Shown here: positions 30,214 to 40,616 of the stretch, one piece after another
Layout: each line of letters begins with the position of its first letter
Position numbering within the stretch: position 1 is the stretch's first letter
Virus record (IMG/VR): IMGVR_UViG_3300030406_002145
Span: 1-59,030 of that record
From: a virus
Taxonomy: Duplodnaviria > Caudoviricetes
Reading direction: 5' to 3' (one strand)
DNA: 59,030 bases
Made by a program: the position numbers and the translations under genes
Notes under the pieces: model-generated
Database searches by the model: none
What the model was told of the DNA's origin: nothing
What the model saw: the letters and a program-made list of their open reading frames with translations, nothing else

Positions 30214-30221
30214 CAAAGATA
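30214..30221 (-). promoter_or_regulatory. Bacteroidota -7 promoter element
   Basis: TATCTTTG 4 nt before ATG 30209. Confidence 0.6.
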
Positions 30222-30223
30222 AT

Positions 30224-30246
30224 AAAAAAAGGGGACTAGTGTCCCC
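30224..30246 (-). terminator. Intrinsic terminator
   Basis: GGGGAC/GTCCCC stem with T7 on the - strand. Confidence 0.8.
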
Positions 30247-30275
30247 TTCTTTATAAATATAATAATAATATATTA

Positions 30276-30635
30276 TTAAATAGCTACTTTACCAAACGTA
30301 CACCCATCTACATCTCTATTTGATGAGCCGATACTTACTTCAGTAATAACTTCTAAAGGGTTTGTCCAACTTTTTTGATATGAGTTAGCAATACTATTAA
30401 GAACATTTGCAACAACTGCATCTTTTTCCGTTCCGGTTAAATTAGCTCCTGTAAAAGTTAATGTGAAAACTGCTACTTCAGGAGCTGTTGCATCTGAGTG
30501 TGTAACCATATCCATTAGTATTTCTATGTTTGTATTAGCACCTGTTGCGGGTCTAACTGCAATAACTTTATCGATATCTATTGTTGCACCTCTATTAGGG
30601 TCAGCAGGTCTATTAAATCTTATATACTTTTTCAT
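30276..30635 (-). CDS. Small putative virion (decoration-like) protein
   Basis: Has its own promoter (30676-30683) and terminator, suggesting high expression. Confidence 0.6.
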   Translation of the reverse strand: MKKYIRFNRPADPNRGATIDIDKVIAVRPATGANTNIEILMDMVTHSDATAPEVAVFTLTFTGANLTGTEKDAVVANVLNSIANSYQKSWTNPLEVITEVSIGSSNRDVDGCTFGKVAI

Positions 30636-30690
30636 AATTTAAAAAATAAAATATTATGTGAGACTATTCTCATAGCAAATATAATAAATA

Positions 30691-31440
30691 TTATTTAGAC
30701 TTTTCAAGCAACTTTTCAAGCATCTTCAATGACTCAATACCTTCATCACTCTGTAAATAATTAGCTATAATTAAATTAACATCTTCACCATGAGGAATTA
30801 CTATCATCCTTTTCTTATTAGCTTTTGTGTTAAAATAAATACCGCCTTTAGGTTTTTTAACTAGTAATCCTTCATCAAAAAACTGTTGTACTTTAGCCTG
30901 ATGTTTTAACATTGGGTCATCGATAATATTTATAAAATCTTTTGGATGATTTCTAGCAAACACTAATAAGTCTCTTTTCAACTCAGCAGTTGTAACTTTT
31001 GTTACATCATGACTAAACAATACTCTTGCAACATTTTCTAATTGAGAGATGTCTAATTGTTTTGCAGCAATAAGAGCATCTACTTCAACATTTAACCTTT
31101 CTACCTGTTCAGCAGCATCTTTTTCATAGTCCACCTCGCTAAATCTTTTACCATTCATAGGATGAATATGTAAAAACTCTTGTAAAACTTGATTGTTTTT
31201 AGGTACTTTTAAAAACCCGTCTTCAAATATGATAGGCTCTAAAATAGCATTTCCATCTTGTTCATCTATGTAGATGCTTTTTTGATTACGAGCATATCGA
31301 AGCTCTCTGTTTGCTCCTGTCTCCTCATCAAAATGTAATAATGGAAATCTTGCTGTATGTCTTGTTGGTAGCATGTAAGATAAAGGAGCTACCTCTCCTG
31401 TAAGTTTGTAGACCTTGTCTACGAATTTCGCTTTTTTCAT
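30691..31440 (-). CDS. Conserved protein downstream of the capsid gene
   Basis: RELRYARNQKSIYIDEQ; position. Confidence 0.7.
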   Translation of the reverse strand: MKKAKFVDKVYKLTGEVAPLSYMLPTRHTARFPLLHFDEETGANRELRYARNQKSIYIDEQDGNAILEPIIFEDGFLKVPKNNQVLQEFLHIHPMNGKRFSEVDYEKDAAEQVERLNVEVDALIAAKQLDISQLENVARVLFSHDVTKVTTAELKRDLLVFARNHPKDFINIIDDPMLKHQAKVQQFFDEGLLVKKPKGGIYFNTKANKKRMIVIPHGEDVNLIIANYLQSDEGIESLKMLEKLLEKSK

Positions 31441-31474
31441 TTTATTTAATTTAATATAATTTTAATTTATAAAT

Positions 31475-31504
31475 AAAGAAAGGAGTGTACATGTGTACAC
31501 TCCC
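31475..31504 (-). terminator. Terminator after the major capsid gene, built on the GTGTAC-N4-GTACAC palindrome
   Basis: GGAGTGTAC-acat-GTACACTCC followed by TTTCTTT on the - strand. Confidence 0.75.
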
Positions 31505-31520
31505 ACTCTATTGTCAACTA

Positions 31521-33014
31521 CTACTCTTGGAATAAGAAGAAGTTGTTTGCACCCATTGTACAAACTGCTCTTTCAGACAAGAAGTTCACCTCCATCGCAT
31601 CTAAGCTAGATGTTCTCGCACCTCCTGCAGAACCTGTAATCCATGACTTGTATCGTCTGTCTTCAGTTTCTGAAGCACGATATCTTACATGTAAAAAAGG
31701 TCTCTTAGCATTCTTTCCAAGGATTTGGTCATAAACAGTTGTAGAACCCGCAGGTACTAATAAACCATTTACTCTACCCGAGCCTGCACCTGTTGGCAAA
31801 CCTCCTCTCATAGTTGGGTCATTTAAATACTTCCAATCTGACTTGTAGAAGTCGTATCCTCTTCGGAATCCTGTGAAACCTAGATTTAACGCCATCTCTT
31901 CATCATTGTCAAAAAGACCATAAGAAGTACCTCCTGCACCATATGAGTTTTGAGCTGCTAACATATCGTCAATATCAAAACCGAAGTTTCTGTCAACGAA
32001 TACTACATTCTCTTCAATAGCACCTTGATTATCTAATCTTCCGATTACTGCATCCCAATCAGCTAATACAGTAGGGTTTCCTCCACCCCATACATTACCT
32101 CTAGTGTTTACAGCATGGAAAATACCTTCAGAGCCCATAAAGCCTTGTGCTTTTGCTCCACCACCTGCACCCGCTACTGCCGGTACTGCTTCAATCATAG
32201 ATGTTTCTAGGTAGTCGTCAAAACGCAATCTTGTTTCATGCTCTGACTTTAAATACCATAAGTATCCTGTTGCACCATTTTCTGTAGTTACTTCTATCCA
32301 TCCGATTTGAGCCATGTCAGAACCATTAACTGAATATGTATCTTTTAAAATAATTGGATTATTTTCAAAGATGTAATCAGCAGCCTCTAAAGAACCAACC
32401 ATTCCTAGTGACCCCTTTTTAAACTCTGAACCATAAATGAATACCGTACACTGAGCTGCAGCTACACCTGCCGGTGCTACTGCCAAACCTGTATTTTCAT
32501 AAAACGCAACAGTGAATTGGTCATTTACTAAATCAACATTAGTAACAATTGCTTTGTTACTTCCTGCACCATTATTAAATGTAATCATAACTGTTTGTCC
32601 TACTCTTACAGAAATACCATTATTTGCATCATATGCCGTACCTGCTGCTGTACTACCAATTGTAGTTTGAGCACCCGATGCCGGATATGCACTGTCATTT
32701 ACTTGCAGAATTGCTGTTGGGTCTCCCGCAGCAGCACCACCACCACTATCTATACCTACTCGTGTATACTTAGTGTGTAGCCTTCCTTGCTCTGCCCATT
32801 TTATTTGGTCAGATATGCAAGGCATTTCTGCACCTACTAATCTTAAAAATGATGATATGGTACGATTACCATATCTTTCAAATTCTTTCTCATATGTATC
32901 AGGTAGATACTGAGTCAAGAAATTGAAGTCTGTTATATAATTTGTCGCCAATGGCACTTGACTACTACTAGGAGTTAAGTCAAACCCTGGCGTTGCTAAA
33001 ACTGAACCTGCCAT
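31521..33014 (-). CDS. Major capsid protein
   Basis: 497 aa; follows the scaffold gene and precedes a terminator; WAEQGRLH, GF.GFRRG.YDF motifs. Confidence 0.82.
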   Translation of the reverse strand: MAGSVLATPGFDLTPSSSQVPLATNYITDFNFLTQYLPDTYEKEFERYGNRTISSFLRLVGAEMPCISDQIKWAEQGRLHTKYTRVGIDSGGGAAAGDPTAILQVNDSAYPASGAQTTIGSTAAGTAYDANNGISVRVGQTVMITFNNGAGSNKAIVTNVDLVNDQFTVAFYENTGLAVAPAGVAAAQCTVFIYGSEFKKGSLGMVGSLEAADYIFENNPIILKDTYSVNGSDMAQIGWIEVTTENGATGYLWYLKSEHETRLRFDDYLETSMIEAVPAVAGAGGGAKAQGFMGSEGIFHAVNTRGNVWGGGNPTVLADWDAVIGRLDNQGAIEENVVFVDRNFGFDIDDMLAAQNSYGAGGTSYGLFDNDEEMALNLGFTGFRRGYDFYKSDWKYLNDPTMRGGLPTGAGSGRVNGLLVPAGSTTVYDQILGKNAKRPFLHVRYRASETEDRRYKSWITGSAGGARTSSLDAMEVNFLSERAVCTMGANNFFLFQE

Positions 33015-33034
33015 TATTTCTAATTTTTAATTTT

Positions 33035-34153
33035 TTATTTTCTTTTAATACTCTTAATTTTTAACCCTCTCCCTGAGTCTTGACTCAAAGAACGAATTTG
33101 CATTCCTCCCTTATTAACTACTTCAGGTGTTTTACGCTCACTCATATTTATATTTTTAGTTTTACGCATCACATCTTCAGTCGCTTGAGATTTACCTTGC
33201 TCATAAAAGAACTTAGCAAACTTCTCAGGATTCATTGCTAGTGCCAAAGCTCGATGGTATCCTACAGCGTCACTTATCGCACCATCTTCACCTATGTACT
33301 TATTTACAAAGTTCATTGGTGTAGATTGAGCTTTTTTAAGCTCTTCTGCTGTTCCCGGAGAATAAGTAATATTGGTATCACCTAAAGAAAATTCAAAACC
33401 TTTGAACTCTGTGTTAAAAATAGAATTTGTTTTTTCTTCAAAAACTCTTCTTCTTCTAGCACTCTCCTCGTTTTCACTTCTAGCTTTCGCTATAGATTGC
33501 TCATAAGCTTTTATTTTTTCTAAATCAGCTTCAGGAATGGCAGCCGTACTTGACTCAAGGGGTTGCTTGAAATACTCCTTTTGCTTATTAAAATATTTTT
33601 TTGCCTCAGCAATCTTTCTTTTCTTTGCTAACTTAGTTTTTTTGATAGTAGCTTCATCATCGATATCATCATCAAAATGATAATCTGCCATCATGTCTTC
33701 TATATCTTCTCTATCTAAACCCTCTTCGGTTTCAGTTAGATACTCTCGTAGCAATTTGTCAGAATCATAATCTTCAAAGTTTCTGTTAAGCTTAACATAA
33801 TCTTCAAAGCCACGACCTGTGTCTTTTTTATACTTTAAATAGGCAGATACATCTTCGGGTAGAGGGTTTTCTTCTCTCTCTCTAAATAACTCATCTACTG
33901 AAGTTATCTCCTTATTATGCTTTTCTTTTAAGTATGAAACAATATCTTCATCACTTAATTTTCTTTCTTCTACTACAGGAACTTCTTGTTCCACTTTTTT
34001 CTCTTCTACCTGTGCAGTTTCTGCTACAGGCTCTGATGTTTTTTGTTCTTGAACAGCATTCTCTTGTTGTTCATGCTTATCCAAAAGCTCTTGTTCTTGT
34101 TGCGACTGTGATTTTTCTTGCCCATCGCCTAAGGCTCTTACTTTTATTTCCAT
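33035..34153 (-). CDS. Capsid scaffolding protein
   Basis: Very acidic helical protein between portal and capsid genes; FFYEQGK; promoter TAACTTTG at 34171-34178. Confidence 0.7.
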   Translation of the reverse strand: MEIKVRALGDGQEKSQSQQEQELLDKHEQQENAVQEQKTSEPVAETAQVEEKKVEQEVPVVEERKLSDEDIVSYLKEKHNKEITSVDELFREREENPLPEDVSAYLKYKKDTGRGFEDYVKLNRNFEDYDSDKLLREYLTETEEGLDREDIEDMMADYHFDDDIDDEATIKKTKLAKKRKIAEAKKYFNKQKEYFKQPLESSTAAIPEADLEKIKAYEQSIAKARSENEESARRRRVFEEKTNSIFNTEFKGFEFSLGDTNITYSPGTAEELKKAQSTPMNFVNKYIGEDGAISDAVGYHRALALAMNPEKFAKFFYEQGKSQATEDVMRKTKNINMSERKTPEVVNKGGMQIRSLSQDSGRGLKIKSIKRK

Positions 34154-34198
34154 TAGATTAAATTTTTATACAAAGTTAATAATTTTTTTAATACAGAT

Positions 34199-34447
34199 TT
34201 AGACAAATCTTTTTGTTACTTTACCTGCTTTAGTATTAGACACAAACTGCTTGCCTGTTCTTCCTTCTCTTTTCTTTTTACGAGCTGTTTTTGCCCTTTC
34301 AGCTTTTGACATTGATATTGCTTTTTTATAAGGCAAGCACCGGTCAGGATTCTTTTTGTTTTTACTTGTACCACACGCACCCTTAATAGAACCATCTGTT
34401 CCTATTCTAACCCACTTTTGTTCTCTCCATTTTTTTAGCTCTCCCAT
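34199..34447 (-). CDS. Small basic protein
   Basis: LKKWREQKWV...CG...RCLP; K/R-rich. Confidence 0.75.
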   Translation of the reverse strand: MGELKKWREQKWVRIGTDGSIKGACGTSKNKKNPDRCLPYKKAISMSKAERAKTARKKKREGRTGKQFVSNTKAGKVTKRFV

Positions 34448-34750
34448 TTATTTACTTTTACTTTTTTTATGAATCTTTCTAATCATCTCTTTACCCTTTT
34501 TAAAAATACTTGCTATTCTTTTTTTGCCCATAACTTTAGCTCGTTGCTCAGCCACGGTTAATATTTGTATTTTTCTAGCAAAAGGCTTTGAAATATTTTT
34601 AACCTTTCTAACAGTTTGATTTGCATCACTAATAGTAGCAAACTTTATACCAACTGTATCTTTTGGATTTTCATCAGTATACAATCTTCTGCCAGAACCC
34701 TTAGGCTTCTTGCCTGTACCAACCTTAGGGTCTCTACTTTTTCTTGCCAT
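34448..34750 (-). CDS. Small basic protein
   Basis: GTGKKPKGSGRRLYTDENPKDTV. Confidence 0.75.
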   Translation of the reverse strand: MARKSRDPKVGTGKKPKGSGRRLYTDENPKDTVGIKFATISDANQTVRKVKNISKPFARKIQILTVAEQRAKVMGKKRIASIFKKGKEMIRKIHKKSKSK

Positions 34751-34856
34751 TTATTTTTTTTAGCATTGCATCAATTCGCTTAGCTTGACCTTTGTGCATA
34801 GCTGAAGCTTTTTTCAATTCACTAGATATTTGTTTTAGTTGTTTCTTGTCCATCAT
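34734..34856 (-). CDS. Small basic protein, 40 aa (not in track)
   Basis: Hand-translated MMDKKQLKQISSELKKASAMHKGQAKRIDAMLKKINGKKK. Confidence 0.65.
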   Translation of the reverse strand: MMDKKQLKQISSELKKASAMHKGQAKRIDAMLKKINGKKK

Positions 34857-34858
34857 AA

Positions 34859-35014
34859 TTATTTTCTTTTATCTTTTTTAGCATAGTTAGGGTCTTTACA
34901 ATACTTACTTGCACCCATGGCTGCATAAGCAGACCATTTACCATATTTTTTCATAGCCCAAGCTTTTCCTGCAGGGCAAATTTTATTACCTGTTTTCTTT
35001 TTTGTTCTTGCCAT
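34859..35014 (-). CDS. Small basic protein, 51 aa (not in track)
   Basis: Hand-translated MARTKKKTGNKICPAGKAWAMKKYGKWSAYAAMGASKYCKDPNYAKKDKRK. Confidence 0.7.
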   Translation of the reverse strand: MARTKKKTGNKICPAGKAWAMKKYGKWSAYAAMGASKYCKDPNYAKKDKRK

Positions 35015-35015
35015 A

Positions 35016-37451
35016 TTATCTTGGGTCAAACTCAGCTAAATCAAAACCATCTAAACTATCCTCATTTGACTCAAAGTTTTTAGGAGGTAAGTTGTTTTTT
35101 CTTTGATTAATTAGTTGACTCTGCTGAGTATTTTGTTGATTAATTCTTTGGGACTTTGCATCTTCTCTCTGCAGCTCTCTTTGAGATAATGCAGCTTCAG
35201 ACATTCCCCTTAACTGTTGATTAAACTGAAACTCTTTATCCATCAACATAGATTTTAATTGAGCTTCTTGTTTCATTTTTTCTATTTCAAAAGCAATCTC
35301 TGATTGTTTTATTTGCATCTTTATCTGACCTTCCGCCTGTATTTTTTGCATAGCCGTTTGAGCTGCCATTTGTTGTGACTGCTGATTTATCTGTGCTTGC
35401 TGTTGAGCTTGAGCAGATTTCATTTGCATATCAGCCTTTTGCTTTTGCTTTCTTTTTAATTTTAAAAGTTGATTAGCTAATTTTAAATTTCTAATCTCTC
35501 TAATATCTATTGCATCCTCAAGATTTATATCTTGTTTATTTAAAGCCATTTGAATGTTTTGTTCTAGCTTAGCCTTTTCTTCTTCATCAGGTGCAACCTC
35601 AATAAATATACCGAAATCATATATATACAACTCTTTACTGTCTTCTAAAATAGAAACATTATACTTTCCTATTTGATTTATAAAGTTGTCTTTAAAATCA
35701 GAATATTCTATTATATCAGCAACTCGATATGATAATGCTTCTGCCAAACTTCTATATATAAACAAACTGCCATCTAAAATATGTCTTGTAGCTGTATTGG
35801 AATTTAAAGCTGCTAATTTTTGAACGCCTACTAATGCATTCGGGTCAGGAGTTGTTCCATCTCTAGCTTCATTTAATCCTGTCACACTTCTAATCATATT
35901 TAAATAATGATTATAGTTTCCTATAAGCATTTGAGTTTTGCTTGCACCCGAGTTAGAGTTTAGCTGAGTTATTGGAACACGAGCCTGATTAAAGTCGCCA
36001 TCTTGAGTGTAGCTTCTTCCTATGACACTACCTGTTTGAAAATACAATCTCAAAGCATCTTCAGGATTATAGGCATTACCCGTTCCTAAGTCAACTTCAT
36101 TTAATCCATCAGCATCTATAAAGACACCATCCGGAACAACTCTCGATATTACCTGTTGTAATTTAAGATGTGTTATTTGTATCAAATCAGCAAAAGGTAT
36201 CATTCTTCTAACCAAAGACTCTATAACACCCTTATACATTCTAGGAGCAACAGCCACATAATTTGGTATTGCATATTGATTAGCAGATTTTGGTCTAACC
36301 ATATTCTCAGCCATTTTCCATTTTAGAATAATATTAGTACCCATAACCATAACCCCCTCATACCACACATCAATCGTTTTCTCTATTTTTTCAAACTTAC
36401 CCTCTTTCATCATTTCTTCAGGTGGATTAAATTGGTCATCCTTTTCAATCATCCTAGAGTTACCGGCATCATCAGTTATTTTTTTCTTATATACTATTTT
36501 ATTAGTAGTCTTATAATTAAAATATAAAAGAGTACATGTGTCTCTATAAAACAAACTATTTTGATAATACTGTGCAGTATTAAAATAATCATACCAACTT
36601 TGACTATACTTAGATATCTCTTCTAAATCTTCATTTGTTAGAGTGGGGTCAATTTTCATTAACTCTGTAATAGGTAAAGTTTTTATTTCTCCCCAATAAA
36701 AACAATCCTTAAAGTGAGGGTCTTCAGTATAACTATACACCACATTAGCAGGGTCTACATAACTAATCTTAACACCTGAGCCTGGTAAAAACTCATGCTT
36801 TGCCATAGCCACCCCTAGAACTGTTAAATCATAATCAAACCTTTTTCTTAAATCAACATACTTATTATTTTCAAATAAAGTGTCAATAGCTTCTTCTTGT
36901 GCTAACTCAATAGCAGGTTTGTAATTCATTTGCATAAATAAAGCTAACTCTTCATCAGACTCGGGAAGTTGGTCGGGTTCAACAGTAAAAGGGTCGAATC
37001 CCATTTTTTTAATATCTTCAAGCATCGGTCTAGCAGCCATCTGACCTTCAATCATGCTTTGATATTTACTACGCTTAGATTGTGATAAAGCATCTTGTGC
37101 ATAAGCATTTACTTTAAACAACCTGTCAGCCATACCGTTTACAACAATATCAACAAACTTAGGAAGTATTGGAACAGGTGTCCAATCTAAATTTAAATAA
37201 GATAAATCTCCATCAACAGCTAATTCATTTTTATATTTAGCTATTGACTGTTCCCCTCTTGCATATAGTCTTAATCTATTATACTCACCCCACTGATTAT
37301 AGAATCTGCATCTATTACTATCTTTTCTAAACCACTCATACTGTATAGCTTGACCTATCTTTAAACCATATTCTTCGGTGGCTTTTTCTGCGTCTGAAAC
37401 AAATTGACTAGGAAACTCTTGAGAATTGATACTTATTTTAACATCTTTCAT
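35016..37451 (-). CDS. Portal protein
   Basis: 811 aa directly after terminase; PILPKFVDIVVNG, TGLNEARDG, Gln-rich C-terminal barrel. Confidence 0.85.
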   Translation of the reverse strand: MKDVKISINSQEFPSQFVSDAEKATEEYGLKIGQAIQYEWFRKDSNRCRFYNQWGEYNRLRLYARGEQSIAKYKNELAVDGDLSYLNLDWTPVPILPKFVDIVVNGMADRLFKVNAYAQDALSQSKRSKYQSMIEGQMAARPMLEDIKKMGFDPFTVEPDQLPESDEELALFMQMNYKPAIELAQEEAIDTLFENNKYVDLRKRFDYDLTVLGVAMAKHEFLPGSGVKISYVDPANVVYSYTEDPHFKDCFYWGEIKTLPITELMKIDPTLTNEDLEEISKYSQSWYDYFNTAQYYQNSLFYRDTCTLLYFNYKTTNKIVYKKKITDDAGNSRMIEKDDQFNPPEEMMKEGKFEKIEKTIDVWYEGVMVMGTNIILKWKMAENMVRPKSANQYAIPNYVAVAPRMYKGVIESLVRRMIPFADLIQITHLKLQQVISRVVPDGVFIDADGLNEVDLGTGNAYNPEDALRLYFQTGSVIGRSYTQDGDFNQARVPITQLNSNSGASKTQMLIGNYNHYLNMIRSVTGLNEARDGTTPDPNALVGVQKLAALNSNTATRHILDGSLFIYRSLAEALSYRVADIIEYSDFKDNFINQIGKYNVSILEDSKELYIYDFGIFIEVAPDEEEKAKLEQNIQMALNKQDINLEDAIDIREIRNLKLANQLLKLKRKQKQKADMQMKSAQAQQQAQINQQSQQMAAQTAMQKIQAEGQIKMQIKQSEIAFEIEKMKQEAQLKSMLMDKEFQFNQQLRGMSEAALSQRELQREDAKSQRINQQNTQQSQLINQRKNNLPPKNFESNEDSLDGFDLAEFDPR

Positions 37452-39694
37452 CTTTTTAATTCGCTTATTATTCCACGGTTATTATACCTTGCAAAGTTAA
37501 TACTTATTTTTGATTGTTTTTTTTCAGGGGTGTATAAATGCCTTTGTGTAGCCATTATAGCTAGTCCTGAACTAATTGTTGCGTCAAACTTTGTTCGATT
37601 GTTAATATCAAACTTTGCCCAATCCTCTAGTGTTCTGGTAAATATCATTGAGCCTATTATATCATCATCTCTATATGTTTGTGTCAAATCAAAGCCTACA
37701 TGTTTTTCTATATATGATTCAATAGCCGCAGCATGAGCTTGTTTTACATCTTCTGAACTGTTTGGTATACCACCTAACTCTTTTTCCGATTTTGAAAGTT
37801 TAATATAATTTTTATCAGGTCTATTCATTGAATATCCTCTATAGCCCCTGTTCTTAAAATGATACAATAATCGAGGCTTGTTATTCTCAACTAGAATGGG
37901 CATTCCATAAAAAACACATGCCATCAGAACTTCTTCAAAAAATATTTCTGCAGTTTGAGGTCTTGCAACATATTCTAAAAAAAACTCGTTAGATGGTGCT
38001 TTCTCCATATTAAATTTAGTCACCCCATGCAAAGCTCCATTAGAACCGCCACCTCCTACTGTTCCTGATATGTCATATGAGTCACATCCAAAAGCTCCTA
38101 AATGCTCATTGCCTGGATACTTTATTCCTCTCTTATCAATAGAATTGTTTTGCAAAGCAGCTTCAGGTATCCAAGATATTTTAAATCTGCCACTAGGATT
38201 AGGTGTCCATATAACTTTTGAGTCTTTTATTCCATCCTTCCAACTAAAGCTACCTCTAGTCACATGTTGTTCTATTATTAAAGAATCATTATAATCTATT
38301 TGTTGATATATTTTTGTTAAGTTAAAAATAGAAGCTTTACTCTCATCCCTAAAAGCATGTGATTCAGTTCTAGGAAACTGACGATAAAATTCATTCAAAG
38401 CATCTGCATCATTTTTTAAAGACTCTACTTCAGCCTCCCAATAATTTATTGCACCATTATATATCATTTCTTTATCAACTCCTAACACCTCTTGCTTTGG
38501 CTTATCTAAAACAGGTGCACCATATATATCAATAAAACCCTCCATGTTCCACTCCATAGGAATAAAGAGAGAATACATTCCGCTTTTTGTTTGACCATTA
38601 GCATTTCTGTTTTCTACATTTGAATCTTCAAATAATTTTTTAAAATTACTACCACCCTTATCTAGTGAATTAGAAGTAGAACCCATCAAGCATTTACCAA
38701 TAATCTTACTACCTAATCTTAGACATGTTTTTGTAACTCTCCAATTGTTTAAAATATTATTAGGCTTTGACCACTTGCCACTCTCATCATGTACTAACAG
38801 CAAAAGTTTTTCACCATCATATGAGTTGTCATCAGTGTTCTTCCAATCGATAGTGGTATCTAATCCATATAGCTCATCATTAGCAACATCATACATATTT
38901 TTTTTTGTAATTTTTGATGCAGGAACTCTAAAGGCTAACTCTGTTTTTGGTTTGTCCATACCATCTTGTATGGGTTTAAAAAAGAATGGCAACCGAGTAG
39001 ATATAGGAACTACTTTGTCTGTAAACATTTTTTTAGCATCAGAACCTGTCTTTGACAATATGCCTACTCGGGAATCTTTTGCTAAAGTACCCGTGTTTAC
39101 ACATTCAGAAGAGCCCATGTATGAAAAGCCTGACCTTCTAATTTTTAAATATATCATTCCAAAACAACGACTATCAGCTCTGCATGCTTCCCAAAAAATA
39201 AAAAATATTCTGTTAGCTTCTCTATAATCAGGATATCCCACATCAATACTTGTCCATTGTAAATACATATAGTGTGACCCTGTTATGTAAGTAGGCTTGC
39301 CATTGTTCATAAACCAAAAGCCATCTTCTCTTTTGTCAAACTCATTTTCAATATAGTCAACCCATCTGGACTTAAACTCTTTTGGAGCATCATTCCACTG
39401 AAAGATTGACTGTATCTTCGAAAGACTTTTAGGAAGCTCAGCTCTTTCCCAATATTGTTCTGTAGTCTTGGCACTACGGCTGAAGCATTTTTTTGGAGAT
39501 AGTGGCAGTCCTATATTTAATCCTGAAACATTTATAACCTCACCTACCTGTCCGGTTTTTGATATGTTAACAAAGTCATATTTTGTATTATATCCATACC
39601 GCCAAGTTCGTCCTCTATTTTTATTAGTAAGAACTCTTTTGGGGATATAGTTATCTAAAACTTTATATAGTTTACTTTGAGCGTCTTTCTGCAA
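37448..39694 (-). CDS. terL: Terminase large subunit
   Basis: LKIRRSGFS Walker A, HDESGK Walker B, GST motif, RNase H-like GCDSYD, ENN, FDATI. Confidence 0.92.
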   Translation of the reverse strand: MQKDAQSKLYKVLDNYIPKRVLTNKNRGRTWRYGYNTKYDFVNISKTGQVGEVINVSGLNIGLPLSPKKCFSRSAKTTEQYWERAELPKSLSKIQSIFQWNDAPKEFKSRWVDYIENEFDKREDGFWFMNNGKPTYITGSHYMYLQWTSIDVGYPDYREANRIFFIFWEACRADSRCFGMIYLKIRRSGFSYMGSSECVNTGTLAKDSRVGILSKTGSDAKKMFTDKVVPISTRLPFFFKPIQDGMDKPKTELAFRVPASKITKKNMYDVANDELYGLDTTIDWKNTDDNSYDGEKLLLLVHDESGKWSKPNNILNNWRVTKTCLRLGSKIIGKCLMGSTSNSLDKGGSNFKKLFEDSNVENRNANGQTKSGMYSLFIPMEWNMEGFIDIYGAPVLDKPKQEVLGVDKEMIYNGAINYWEAEVESLKNDADALNEFYRQFPRTESHAFRDESKASIFNLTKIYQQIDYNDSLIIEQHVTRGSFSWKDGIKDSKVIWTPNPSGRFKISWIPEAALQNNSIDKRGIKYPGNEHLGAFGCDSYDISGTVGGGGSNGALHGVTKFNMEKAPSNEFFLEYVARPQTAEIFFEEVLMACVFYGMPILVENNKPRLLYHFKNRGYRGYSMNRPDKNYIKLSKSEKELGGIPNSSEDVKQAHAAAIESYIEKHVGFDLTQTYRDDDIIGSMIFTRTLEDWAKFDINNRTKFDATISSGLAIMATQRHLYTPEKKQSKISINFARYNNRGIISELKR

Positions 39695-39950
39695 AACCTT
39701 GTTTAGTATCTAAGTTAATATTTGAACCCAATGCTTTTAAACTCTCCTCCTCATTATCGATTCTATTTAATATTTCAAATGCATCAAATATGGCAAGTTT
39801 TTTTGTTGCGGCTGCATTTTTTAATCTATCAGCAGCCAACTCATCTTCGGGGTCAGGTTTAATTATTTCTTCTTTTGCAACTTTAATTAGTTGTCTCACC
39901 GCTTTTCTTCCTGCCTCAATAATCTGTTTCTTTAGTTCTTTTGAATCCAT
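39672..39950 (-). CDS. Putative terminase small subunit
   Basis: Helical protein overlapping the terL start; KNAAATKKLAIFDA. Confidence 0.5.
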   Translation of the reverse strand: MDSKELKKQIIEAGRKAVRQLIKVAKEEIIKPDPEDELAADRLKNAAATKKLAIFDAFEILNRIDNEEESLKALGSNINLDTKQGFAERRSK

Positions 39951-40053
39951 CTTTTTTTCGATTATATTTTTTTTTGCTTTTATGAACCTTAGGCTTTGTG
40001 TGTTTCCAAAAATCCTTTACATCAATTTTTTTCCACTCAAACTTATCACTCAT
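39916..40053 (-). CDS. Small basic protein, 45 aa (not in track)
   Basis: Hand-translated MSDKFEWKKIDVKDFWKHTKPKVHKSKKKYNRKKDGFKRTKETDY; ATGA-coupled to 40050. Confidence 0.65.
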   Translation of the reverse strand: MSDKFEWKKIDVKDFWKHTKPKVHKSKKKYNRKKDGFKRTKETDY

Positions 40054-40616
40054 AACTTTAACGTTATTTGATGGTCATATATACGATATAGTAATTCACC
40101 ATCTACATAGAACTCATATTCACTATCTGGATTAAAAGCCACTCTATCTCCATTTTTTATTCCTTGTGACTTTAAATATGTATTAGCATATTTCATTTTA
40201 CCTATTAGTGGCTCATATTTACAATTCTTTTGAATGTACATGTTTTGTTCTACAGGCAATGGCTTTACAAAACAATACCTATCATATGTTTTCCACTCTC
40301 CTTTATTTTTATACAAAAAAAACTGTTCACTGTCAATCAAAAAAATATCGTCTTTAAAAAAACTTCTACCACTCTTTTGTCTACCATACATGTCATTATA
40401 ATATTTAAAAACATTATGATGAACTAATAGTGTGTCTCCTTTTTCGATAGGACCTTCGTAGCCTAAAGGTGTTTCAATAACAATAGCTTCACGATTAGAA
40501 AACTTATGGTCTTCTTGTGAAGAGCTAACAACAAACTCTACTCCACCTATTTCTTTTGTATTAGAATATCTTTTATTGCCCTTTGGTTTGACTATAAAAT
40601 CTGTAGGCGACTTCAT
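40050..40616 (-). CDS. Tandem GroES-like (co-chaperonin fold) protein
   Basis: Two GroES-like units: FIVKP...IEKGDTLL and CFVKP...IKNGDRV.F...EF.VDGE. Confidence 0.55.
   Translation of the reverse strand: MKSPTDFIVKPKGNKRYSNTKEIGGVEFVVSSSQEDHKFSNREAIVIETPLGYEGPIEKGDTLLVHHNVFKYYNDMYGRQKSGRSFFKDDIFLIDSEQFFLYKNKGEWKTYDRYCFVKPLPVEQNMYIQKNCKYEPLIGKMKYANTYLKSQGIKNGDRVAFNPDSEYEFYVDGELLYRIYDHQITLKL

Noticed and set aside
36970-37005. tRNA T-arm-like GGGTCGAATCCC
   Set aside because: Inside the portal ORF; no cloverleaf can be formed
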